Shown: one piece after another, positions 43,328 to 51,716 of the stretch | Numbering within the stretch: position 1 is the stretch's first letter | How the letters are laid out: the number at the start of each line of letters is the position of its first letter | Assembly: GCA_038104845.1 (NCBI GenBank) | Contig: JAYOBJ010000008.1 | Span: 7,788 to 71,787, forward strand | Length of the DNA: 64,000 bases | Reading direction: 5' to 3' | From: Methanobacteriota archaeon | GTDB taxonomy: Archaea; Thermoplasmatota; Poseidoniia; Poseidoniales; Poseidoniaceae | Notes under the pieces: model-generated | Database searches by the model: none | What the model was told of the DNA's origin: nothing | Seen by the model: only the letters and a program-made list of their open reading frames with translations | Position numbers and translations under genes: made by a program

Positions 43328-45847
43328 TCAACGACTCATCACAGCCCGGTGAACCATTGTTTGAACCTCTTTCATTCGTGAACGAGCACCGAGTTCACGG
43401 AACACTGCGAGGGCTCGCTGAAGGTATTCCATGCGCTCTTGACGGTCGGGAGAGGTGCCGCCCAAACGGGTGAGCAGTTCACCGATTTCCATTCGCATGT
43501 CGTTGGCCTCTGCCACCACCAACGCCTGCCGGTAGTGGTCCATGGCCTCCTCATCCTTACCAGCGTCGTGCAACACACCACCAAGCAAAATCGTCACCTC
43601 CACCAGGGATTGCAGATCGCCCGAATCACTCATGGCTTCAAGGGCAGCGGAATAATGAAACAAGGCCAATTCGGACTGTTTGATTTTGGCGTAGTAGCGA
43701 CCCAACACCGATTGAGCTCGTGCGTGAAGCAAGGCGTCGTCACCCTCTGCGGTTCGCTCATGAGCGGCAATGGCGTGGTCCTTGGCTCGGTCGAGTTCAT
43801 CGAGGTCGATCAAGGCGCGAGCCAGGGTGATCTGGCTGTTGATGAGCGATGGTTCATCGCTGGACGACAGGATGGATTCCACCTCGCCGTAGGCTTCGAG
43901 AGCCTTGCTTCGCTCCTTTTTTCGGCGCAAGAGGTACCCAAGGTTGTTGTACGTCCGTGCCGCCCAGAGGGCGTCGCCTTGCTGAATGTACGAGGACAAC
44001 GCCTGCTTGTGCCGCTCGAGGGCAAGATCGCTGTTGCCGACCTTGCGAGCAACGTCTGCCAACGACGACAGCAACTGTGCTCGCATCACGTCGTCAGCAG
44101 AACACTGCTCCAAGGCGGATGAAAGCACCGTTTCGGCGTCGTCCAAACGACCCATCAACGCCATCATCTCACCCTTGAGTTGTGACAGGTTCAGCACGAT
44201 GCTCGCACCGAGGTCGTTCAAGTCAATCTGTTCGACAAGACCCAGCAATTCCAAGTGCCCCGACTGCACAAGCCGCCGTCCATCCTCAACCACGAGTTCA
44301 GCAGCCATCTCATGCTGTTGGGAGCGGATGGCGTGGAAAATGCGTTCGAGACGGACTTCGTTCGTGTCCGCTCGCTCGGCGTACCACTCGCTGCAACGTT
44401 GATGAAACTCGGACTTCAACAGGTCGGACATGCTCCGAATGAGAAATTCACGAATCAAATCGTGGACATCGTACGATTCCGAGTCAGCCCGGCGAGCCAA
44501 TCCGGATTCCACCAACGTGTCCAACACGTCCGTGTCCAACCCCTGTTGTGCAAGGGCATCGAGCACAACAGGCTCACGAAAAATCGCCAACGCCGACAAC
44601 ACACGCTTTTGTTCGGCGTTGAGTTTGGAGAAAATTTCCACGGTCACGTAATTCTCCAACGTCTCGTGGTACGCACCGGCGGATGCGCCGCGATTGATCA
44701 ATTCCAAGACAAGGGGGTGACCGCGCGACAGACCATGGATGTGCAGCCACTGCTCGTCGTCCAAATCACCAAAACTTGACAGCAATTTCCGTCCAGCGTC
44801 GCTGTCCAAACCGTCGAGGGGAAGCACCAAACTGGCGATTCGGCCTTCGGCATCTTTGGCTGGAACCACGGTCTTGAACGACCGAGAAAAAATCACCAAG
44901 CCGATGTGTTCGTCACTTCCCAGAAGTGCCAAGGCCATGGCCTGGAACGTCTGATGCAACACACTGTCAGCCACCTTGTGGAAGTCATCCACAACCATCA
45001 GGGAAGGCGAACCCTTCAGAGAGTCAACGATCAACTTGGCGGCGTCTGCAGGATTTGGGACGGGCGTGGCAGCCAAGTAGGTCGAAAAATCAGAATCGCC
45101 CATGCTCGACAACCAATCGGCGACCGATTCAAAAAACGCCCGTGAGCCTTCCCAGTCCTGGCAACGGTGGTACAGGAGGTTCCTTCGGTGAACGAATTGC
45201 TCGATGAGCTTCGAGGCCATGGTTGTCTTGCCGATACCGGCAATACCGGGGACCATGAGGGTGGTGGCACGGGCCTCGAGGAGGTTCACCATGTTGTCCA
45301 TCTCTTGAGTCCGCCCGTAGAAATGGCGTAGCCTCGGAAGGTCGGCCAACGACGTGACCAATTGCTTTTCCACGTGTTTGGACAGGTCGCGCTGGACGAG
45401 GTCCTCAGAGAGGTTTCGCACGTCCAAAAACGCCTGGTCGTTCATGTAGCGGATGATGTCCACCGGTCGCATCTCAAATGGAATGATGGACTTGGCCGTG
45501 CTCAGCGTTGTGCTTTGAACGGGACCATCGTCGACACGACACGTCAACGGGTAGGTGGAAAGACGCTGCCACGTCTCGTTGGCGAGGTGAACCCCGGCAT
45601 CGGTCAGGAAGTAGGCCTTGCGCTTTCTCGACACGCCTTGGACGTGGGCCTGCCGTTCGATCAGCGTCCCCTGCTCTTTCAAACCCGCAATCGCCCGAGG
45701 AACATTGGACCTCGCAATCGCCACGGCGTTGGCGATGCCCATCTGGGAGAGGGCAAAGGGCACCTCAATGCTGTCTTTGTAGTCGGAATAGTCGAGCAGG
45801 TGAAGCAAAATGCGTTCTTGAACGCCCGGTTTTGGTTGCACGCCCAC
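43328..45847 (-). CDS. wHTH - P-loop NTPase (STAND-like) - TPR protein, probable signal-transducing regulator
   Basis: GTG start (complement of 45845-45847) with an AGGTGA Shine-Dalgarno 6 nt upstream. The N-terminal winged-helix-like segment is ERILLHLLDY...MGIANAVAIARSNVPRAIAGLKEQGTLIERQ. Walker A is MVPGIAGIGKTT and Walker B is SLMVVDDFH. The C-terminal ~400 aa are TPR-like helical repeats (ARTYNNLGYLLRRKKERSKALEAY, HARAQSVLGRYYAKIKQSELALFHY). Confidence 0.8.
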   Translation of the reverse strand: MGVQPKPGVQERILLHLLDYSDYKDSIEVPFALSQMGIANAVAIARSNVPRAIAGLKEQGTLIERQAHVQGVSRKRKAYFLTDAGVHLANETWQRLSTYPLTCRVDDGPVQSTTLSTAKSIIPFEMRPVDIIRYMNDQAFLDVRNLSEDLVQRDLSKHVEKQLVTSLADLPRLRHFYGRTQEMDNMVNLLEARATTLMVPGIAGIGKTTMASKLIEQFVHRRNLLYHRCQDWEGSRAFFESVADWLSSMGDSDFSTYLAATPVPNPADAAKLIVDSLKGSPSLMVVDDFHKVADSVLHQTFQAMALALLGSDEHIGLVIFSRSFKTVVPAKDAEGRIASLVLPLDGLDSDAGRKLLSSFGDLDDEQWLHIHGLSRGHPLVLELINRGASAGAYHETLENYVTVEIFSKLNAEQKRVLSALAIFREPVVLDALAQQGLDTDVLDTLVESGLARRADSESYDVHDLIREFLIRSMSDLLKSEFHQRCSEWYAERADTNEVRLERIFHAIRSQQHEMAAELVVEDGRRLVQSGHLELLGLVEQIDLNDLGASIVLNLSQLKGEMMALMGRLDDAETVLSSALEQCSADDVMRAQLLSSLADVARKVGNSDLALERHKQALSSYIQQGDALWAARTYNNLGYLLRRKKERSKALEAYGEVESILSSSDEPSLINSQITLARALIDLDELDRAKDHAIAAHERTAEGDDALLHARAQSVLGRYYAKIKQSELALFHYSAALEAMSDSGDLQSLVEVTILLGGVLHDAGKDEEAMDHYRQALVVAEANDMRMEIGELLTRLGGTSPDRQERMEYLQRALAVFRELGARSRMKEVQTMVHRAVMSR

Positions 45848-45853
45848 CTCAAC

Positions 45854-45859
45854 TCACCT
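45854..45859 (-). promoter_or_regulatory. Shine-Dalgarno (AGGTGA) for the STAND-like gene, inside the 20-nt spacer after the beta-helix gene stop
   Basis: The minus strand reads TGA acatcgacAGGTGAgttgag GTG. AGGTGA is complementary to the conserved 16S rRNA 3' end (established knowledge for SD-using archaea). Confidence 0.5.
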
Positions 45860-45867
45860 GTCGATGT

Positions 45868-48800
45868 TCATTGGTCTGGTGTGTAATTGGGGTCCGGCAC
45901 CCATTGGTTGCTGGCTTGATCCCACAACCAACCGGGATGCTGTGAAGCAGCTGCGGGCGCTGCGGCCTCAGCTGCCTGCGGCACCGCTGCGGGCGCTGCC
46001 TCGGCTGGAAGGGCCGGGGTTTGCTTGGCCTTGGCCCAAGCGTACGGATCCTCCTCAACAGCCGTTTCCTGACCGGTCAACTCGTCCTCGTCGACCACGT
46101 CTTCAAATTCGATGAAGAAGAAAGCGCCCGCACCGAGCAAGACGAGCACGCCAACCACGATGAGCACGATGTTCAACACACCGGAACCTCCATCATCGGC
46201 AGAAGCCACCGAGATGGAGAATTCACCGTTCACGTCTTCGCCTGCAAATTGGAAGGTTTGGTCGCCCATCGTGAAGATGATTGCGGATTGGCCCTCAATC
46301 CCCAACTGTCCGCTGGAGAGGTCCATCGACCACGTGCCGTCCGAAAGGACCGAGGTGTAGTTCAATCGACCGTCGCCGTCAGCGTACCGGATCGTGACCA
46401 CGCTGCCGGGCATCCCCGTTCCCTGGAAGGTAGCGGGGTCATCAGCGGAGATGACACCGGAATCCACACGCTCAACCGTGAAGGTCACCGCACGGACAAG
46501 AATGTTGACCTGAAGCGAATAGACCCTGGATTCGGCATCGTCCACGGCGTAGAACATCACACCGTTCAACGACCACTCGGGGATGTTGTTGTTGGAGAGG
46601 GCGATGCTTTCCATCGGGTCGTACACGGCTCGGCCGTCGGCCGTAAGGCGGATGTATTGGTTGTAATTGTCGTCCTCAAGCGTGCTTTCATCGTCGAAAA
46701 TCCAGAACTCAAGGTCATCAATGGGAGATCCCGAACCATCGGGGTCACTGAAGAACTGGGTCAAATCGATCTCGACACCGCCACCGCACCGGTCAAGATA
46801 GCCGGTTTGCGTGTCGCAGAAAATGGTCAAACTTCCGGGCCATGCGGTTTCGTTGAACACCGGGTCGACGTTGTTGGCGTCCAGCGGGTTGTTGATGGTC
46901 ATGCGCCACACGGTGGCATCGGAGAAGTCCTCACCGTCGTAGGCGCGCACCGTCACCTCGTACACCTGGTCGTGAATCAAATCGGAGGTGTCCCAATTGG
47001 CCACCCACGAGCCATCGGGGTTGAATTGCGTCACGGGGAGAATGGCATCGTTGAGTGGAAGGCCGGTGGCCAAATCAACGATGTCAATCTCCACACGGGT
47101 CACTTGACCACCAACGTCAACCGCCACACCGATGATCTTCGTTTGCTCCGATGCACGCACCGTGTCGCCGTTGATGCCACCGGTCATCTGGTCAGCAGAG
47201 CCAATCCACGAAACTTGCAGTTGAGGCCGCGTGTTCTCATTCACGATGTTCAGCGTGCGGGTTTCCACAGCACAGGAGCCGGGTTCACCAGCCGGACCGG
47301 GCGACTCAACACAGAAATCGGAATCGGCGGCCCAAACGGTCACGGTGTACTCGCCGGTGAGGAGCGAGGAAACGTCCCAGTTGAAGGACCAACTCGTGGA
47401 ACCTGGAGATGCAAAGTTGGCAACGTAATCATCGGGCCCCTGTATGTTGAACCAGATGTTCTCAATGTCGCTGCCATAAACACCCTGGTAGGGGTCTGAG
47501 GCGGTCCCTTGGAACAGCACGTTGCCCGTGCTGTGTGTGCTGCCCGAAAGCGGGACATCGAGCAGCAGCTGCGGTGGCACGAGGTTCAATTTGAACAGAC
47601 GGGAATCCACAGGTGAATAGTCCAACCCGTCGTAGGAGCGAACACGGAACGTCACGTCGCCTTCACCCTCGGGGTGAGCCGACATGTCCCAGTCAAACGA
47701 CCAGGTCTTGAACGGGTGGTTCTCTTCGGTGATGACACCACCGGCACCGGACGTGTCAACGGCCGAGTACCAATCCGTGGAACCCGGTGGCTGGACCTCA
47801 ACACGCTTGATCAGGCCAAATTGCCGGTCGATGGCCACCTGGTCAGCGCAGCAGTAGGGCCACTTGGCGCCGTCCCAGGCCTCACCCGTCAACACCACGG
47901 TGGTGGCGAACGATGCACCGTCTGCCTCGTTGACGGTCACGCTGGGTCGAAGGTTTTCGAGGTTGATGATTTCGTCAACCTCACCGGACAAAACGAAGGT
48001 CAAGTCCTTGCGGCCACTGCCGAATTTGAACGCCTCGACCGAGTAGAAGGGCAATTCACGCCCGTTGGCGCAGTCGGAATCATCGCCGTCGACGTACGTG
48101 TCACCGTCGTTGTCAATGCCGTCAGCGCAGGAATCCTCATCCATCACGATGGGTTGGCCCGTACCGTCGTTGGAACCGGGCACGGCGACATCACGCTCAC
48201 CCACGATGTGGTTCCAGTTGTGGTCGAGCATGAAATCGGAAGGAAGCGAAACTTGCTGTGTGAAACCAAAGACATCCGTCTCCAGTTCATACAACGGAAG
48301 CCCAGTGGCGTCGCTGATGACCACGGTGGCGCCGGCCACGTTGGAGTTCTTGGCCTTCACTTGGTAGCGAACAAGCTCACCCTCACGGATTTGCGAACCC
48401 CAAGCGGAGTTCTGGTTCTGGACGTGGATCATGGTGGAATCGAAGTTGGTGAGGTCAGCAAAGGAGAACACCGTAGCGTTCTCAACGACTTCAAGCGCCA
48501 GCGGCATACCACGGGGTGGCATGGCGGAGGTGTCGGGAACCTCGATGCACGCATCTTGGACGTAGGGGCACTCGCCGCTGAGCCATCGGACGTTCACCGG
48601 GTAGAGTTCACCGCCGCCGGGGCTGGGGATTTGCTCGGATTGGACCGTCACTCGGGACTCAGTGATGTTGTACACTTGAGAAACACCTGACCAGCTGTTG
48701 CCCGAGAAGTAGCCGATGGAGCCGTAGCGGTTGCCGTAGTTGTCGTCGTGAACGCTGATGTTGCCAGCGAAGCCAAGTTGAGAATCAGCGGTGTTGTCCT

Positions 48801-50271
48801 GGACGTTGATGATGGCACCCTTGGCACGGATGATGTCGCCGATGTTGCCGGAAATGGTGTTGTCCAGGATGGAGGCCGAGGCCCGGAACACGTGAACGGC
48901 TGGGCAGGGGAAATCACCGCCGTACATCTGCGAGTTGCAGGTGCCTGAGTTGTTCATGATCTGGTTGTTGGCCAAATACAGGCGAGCTGCGCTGGGCGCA
49001 GGGACCTGCCATCCCTGGTCTTGGTAGTGGTATTCACCGATGAGCACGGGTTCCTTCCCGGTTTCCGTGATGGTGTTGTTTTCGGCGACCACATCGGACG
49101 TGCCGTAGATCCAGAGACCGTTCCACCCGCCGATGGGACCGATGGTGTTGCGGTGAAGTTCAACAGTGGAGGATCGAATACCGACGCCGGAACCCTCGGC
49201 AGCACCGACGATGGTGTTGCCTTCAGCGTAGACCTTGGCCCCGTCGTATGCGGTCAAGCCCGCGCCTTCTTCCGTGGTGATGACGTTGTTGTTGACCAGG
49301 AGCGTGTGTTCAATGTTCCCTGTGGTCTTGAGCGAGTTGGTGTCGATGGCGTTGCACTTGACGGTCACATCCGAATTGGTGAACGTACCGGAGCTCTGCT
49401 TCAGCAAAATGCCGTACGAGTTTTGTGTGATCTCGATGTCGTCGATGTCCACGTAGGAATCCTCGATGAAGATGACGGCACGTCCACCGCCCTGTTGGCC
49501 ACAATCGGCGTCGTTGCCCGTGAAACTCGAGCGCTCAATGGTGAGGGCCGAAAGGATGCCTGCCCCAGCACCGTAACCACGAATGGCGGCTGCGTCGTAG
49601 CCCTGCCCGTCGTTGCCGAGCGTGAAGGTGGAGTCGGTGATGGTCGGTGAGGCGAAGTCAACAGCGATGATGTTGGAGGTGTTGATGTTGGTGAAACTCA
49701 GGCCTTCTGCCGTGGTGCTTGAACCGTCAAACACCAGCACACCGTACTGGACCTGTTGGAGGGTTTGGACGTAAATGGGGTAGCCGTAAGCGTTCTCAAA
49801 GTGAGCGTACTTGATTGAAGTGACGGACTGGTCGATGGTGTCTCGGATGATCATGCCCGAACCGCACGCTGCGTCGGGGTTGTTGAGCAAGTTGCTGGAG
49901 TTGTCAGCGCAGCGTCCCCAGCGAGAGGTGTCGGTCGGGTTCGACCAGATGAAGCGCGCTTGGCTTGATTGGGACCCAGCGCTGGCTCCGCACAACGAGT
50001 CACCGATGCAGATGGCGCCTCGCACATCGATGAAGTTGCCAGCAGGGATGTTGATCGTGGTCCCGGCATTGACGATGAGGGTCGCACCTTCGGCCACCTC
50101 AACATCGCCCTGCAGGTTCATCGTACCGGTCCATGTTTCGGTCCCGGTGACCGTTCCCACCGTTGTTTCGTTCACAGCCTGCGCCGTGGGGACCACGGCA
50201 AGGCCAGCGAGAATGGACAGCATGTACAGCAGCACCAGTGAGACAGATTTGGATTTCTTGCTCGATGACAT
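45868..50271 (-). CDS. Giant surface protein (1,467 aa): signal peptide, right-handed parallel beta-helix (PbH1-like) region, Asp-rich Cys-bracketed loop, Ig-like repeats, C-terminal TM and Ala/Pro-rich tail
   Basis: ORF starts at TTG 50283, with ATG at 50271 (MSSSKKSKSVSLVLLYMLSILAGLAVVPTAQA). Beta-helix rungs include NTIVGAAEGSGVGIRSSTVELHRNTI and AENNTITETG. There is a CADGIDNDGDTYVDGDDSDC loop. The TM is GVLNIVLIVVGVLVLLGAGAFFFI, and the tail ends ...AAEAAAPAAASQHPGWLWDQASNQWVPDPNYTPDQ. Confidence 0.85.
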   Translation of the reverse strand: MSSSKKSKSVSLVLLYMLSILAGLAVVPTAQAVNETTVGTVTGTETWTGTMNLQGDVEVAEGATLIVNAGTTINIPAGNFIDVRGAICIGDSLCGASAGSQSSQARFIWSNPTDTSRWGRCADNSSNLLNNPDAACGSGMIIRDTIDQSVTSIKYAHFENAYGYPIYVQTLQQVQYGVLVFDGSSTTAEGLSFTNINTSNIIAVDFASPTITDSTFTLGNDGQGYDAAAIRGYGAGAGILSALTIERSSFTGNDADCGQQGGGRAVIFIEDSYVDIDDIEITQNSYGILLKQSSGTFTNSDVTVKCNAIDTNSLKTTGNIEHTLLVNNNVITTEEGAGLTAYDGAKVYAEGNTIVGAAEGSGVGIRSSTVELHRNTIGPIGGWNGLWIYGTSDVVAENNTITETGKEPVLIGEYHYQDQGWQVPAPSAARLYLANNQIMNNSGTCNSQMYGGDFPCPAVHVFRASASILDNTISGNIGDIIRAKGAIINVQDNTADSQLGFAGNISVHDDNYGNRYGSIGYFSGNSWSGVSQVYNITESRVTVQSEQIPSPGGGELYPVNVRWLSGECPYVQDACIEVPDTSAMPPRGMPLALEVVENATVFSFADLTNFDSTMIHVQNQNSAWGSQIREGELVRYQVKAKNSNVAGATVVISDATGLPLYELETDVFGFTQQVSLPSDFMLDHNWNHIVGERDVAVPGSNDGTGQPIVMDEDSCADGIDNDGDTYVDGDDSDCANGRELPFYSVEAFKFGSGRKDLTFVLSGEVDEIINLENLRPSVTVNEADGASFATTVVLTGEAWDGAKWPYCCADQVAIDRQFGLIKRVEVQPPGSTDWYSAVDTSGAGGVITEENHPFKTWSFDWDMSAHPEGEGDVTFRVRSYDGLDYSPVDSRLFKLNLVPPQLLLDVPLSGSTHSTGNVLFQGTASDPYQGVYGSDIENIWFNIQGPDDYVANFASPGSTSWSFNWDVSSLLTGEYTVTVWAADSDFCVESPGPAGEPGSCAVETRTLNIVNENTRPQLQVSWIGSADQMTGGINGDTVRASEQTKIIGVAVDVGGQVTRVEIDIVDLATGLPLNDAILPVTQFNPDGSWVANWDTSDLIHDQVYEVTVRAYDGEDFSDATVWRMTINNPLDANNVDPVFNETAWPGSLTIFCDTQTGYLDRCGGGVEIDLTQFFSDPDGSGSPIDDLEFWIFDDESTLEDDNYNQYIRLTADGRAVYDPMESIALSNNNIPEWSLNGVMFYAVDDAESRVYSLQVNILVRAVTFTVERVDSGVISADDPATFQGTGMPGSVVTIRYADGDGRLNYTSVLSDGTWSMDLSSGQLGIEGQSAIIFTMGDQTFQFAGEDVNGEFSISVASADDGGSGVLNIVLIVVGVLVLLGAGAFFFIEFEDVVDEDELTGQETAVEEDPYAWAKAKQTPALPAEAAPAAVPQAAEAAAPAAASQHPGWLWDQASNQWVPDPNYTPDQ

Positions 50272-50303
50272 TGGAGGCACCAAATATCTCCATGCCCAAG
50301 CAG

Positions 50304-50311
50304 AATATAAG
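50304..50311 (-). promoter_or_regulatory. Candidate TATA box for the beta-helix surface protein gene
   Basis: This lies in the only clearly AT-richer intergenic stretch of the island (50272-50435). The minus strand reads CTTATATT about 36 nt upstream of ATG 50271, compatible with an archaeal TATA at about -26 and a short leader. Confidence 0.3.
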
Positions 50312-50435
50312 ACTGCGCCCTCGTTGGCGGAATGAGAATATCAAATCTACGAGATAGTATCAGCCATAACAGGCAGAAAAAGGACATTCGCAACCAGCAC
50401 TGGACCTCCATTTCCCGCCAAACATCGCCGCAGAA

Positions 50436-51659
50436 TCACGATGAGCCGCAGGTGGATTCACCAGCCAAGGCATCGTACCAGGCCTGAGCATTGAGTGAAC
50501 CGTAGCCACGGCGTTCGTCGTGGCCCAATGCATCGTTGGGGTTCACCGACTGCATCAAGGCAGTTTTCACCACCTCGATGCACGCGGAGGAACCGCCTGG
50601 CTGGGGCTTGAGGTGGGGGTACGCTTCGAGCAACAGCGACAGTGTCCCTGCGACAAACACCGTGGAGTCGGACGTGCCGCTCGACGAATACCATCGGTTG
50701 TTGTCGCCCGTGCTGATGATGTTCACGCCTGGCGCCACAACTTCTGGCTTCTGATGGGGCGATGCACGCACCTCACCGTTTGAATCCAGGGATGAACCGA
50801 TGGACGAGTTGGCCCACACCGCACCCGAACGATCCGTCGCCCCAACGGAAATGGCCAACCGTGCGCTGCCGGGGGACGCCACATCGCCGTCGTCGGACGG
50901 ACCGCCATCGTTACCGGCTGCGGCCACGACAAAGATCCCTGCATCCGTCGCCTGCCGGGTGGCGGCCGAGGAAGCACCCTCCCGTTCGTCCACCCGGGCG
51001 GTGGAACCGCCCAGTGATAGCGAGATGATGTCAGCCTCAAATTCAAACTGGCACCAACGGATGGCATCGGCCACATCGGCATCCGTTCCGCTGTTGGCAT
51101 CGTCGGAACCGGCTCGTAAAGCCGCCACCATAGCAAAGGTCACGTTGGGCGATACGCCCATTTGGTGGGTGGCTGAGAGCAGAAGTCCAGACATGAGGGT
51201 TCCGTGGGCCACCGATCCATAGTCAACCGGTTCGGTGGAGCCCTCCAGCAAATCCTTGAACGTGATGTTTGCACCCGCAAGGGCTTCGTGTGAGGTGTCC
51301 ACTCCCGTGTCCACCATGCACAACCGAACACCTTCACCGCTCAGACCACCGTCTTGCAACGCTCGAACGGCTGTGGATTCGTAGGCCCATTCCGAGTCGG
51401 GGAGGGGCAATTCAATCACGTACCACTGATTTTGCCACGCGACCATCCCCAAGGCCACCAACAACGCAAACAGCGCCAATCCACCGATGGTCACCGGTGA
51501 GCGCCGTGCACGCCCCACGGGGCGAACTTCTTGCGGTGCCCAGCCCATCACTTCAGACCGCCAAGGTCCTTCATGGTTCACCACGGTCGGATCCACTGCA
51601 GAGAGCATGCTCCGGTCCGTTGGCTCCGGAAGGTATTCCACACCCCGGAGGTCGTTCAT
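50436..51659 (-). CDS. Subtilisin-like serine protease (peptidase S8) with N-terminal signal anchor
   Basis: ORF starts at TTG 51683, with ATG at 51659 (MNDLRGVEYL...). The TM is VTIGGLALFALLVALGMVAW. Catalytic motifs are MVDTGVDTSHEAL (Asp), SVAHGTLMSG (His), AAGNDGG (oxyanion Asn) and SSGTSDSTVFVAG (Ser). Confidence 0.85.
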   Translation of the reverse strand: MNDLRGVEYLPEPTDRSMLSAVDPTVVNHEGPWRSEVMGWAPQEVRPVGRARRSPVTIGGLALFALLVALGMVAWQNQWYVIELPLPDSEWAYESTAVRALQDGGLSGEGVRLCMVDTGVDTSHEALAGANITFKDLLEGSTEPVDYGSVAHGTLMSGLLLSATHQMGVSPNVTFAMVAALRAGSDDANSGTDADVADAIRWCQFEFEADIISLSLGGSTARVDEREGASSAATRQATDAGIFVVAAAGNDGGPSDDGDVASPGSARLAISVGATDRSGAVWANSSIGSSLDSNGEVRASPHQKPEVVAPGVNIISTGDNNRWYSSSGTSDSTVFVAGTLSLLLEAYPHLKPQPGGSSACIEVVKTALMQSVNPNDALGHDERRGYGSLNAQAWYDALAGESTCGSS

Positions 51660-51716
51660 GTCCCAAGGCCAGCCTATCGGCAAATCAACTCTTGTTCCAA
51701 CAGGACACGTTTGGCC

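Noticed and set aside
43328-45847. Calling the STAND-like protein an Avs-type antiviral sensor
   Set aside because: No nuclease, protease or other effector domain is recognisable, and the N-terminus looks like a winged helix. It is retained as an alternative in the finding but not adopted.
45871-45960. WW-domain-like reading of the C-terminal Trp motifs (HPGWLWDQASNQWVPDP, LPDGWTEEQWASYGWQY)
   Set aside because: The spacing between the two Trp residues (about 9) is far shorter than the 20-22 of true WW domains. I kept it only as a recurring tail motif, not as a domain call.
46021-47499. 492-aa plus-strand ORF, and similar ones at 47674..48690, 49021..49650, 53520..54644, 55368..56135, 56184..57221 and 59733..60566
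   Set aside because: All are embedded antisense in the giant minus-strand ORFs (the beta-helix protein and aglB), have shadow-frame composition and show no family signatures.
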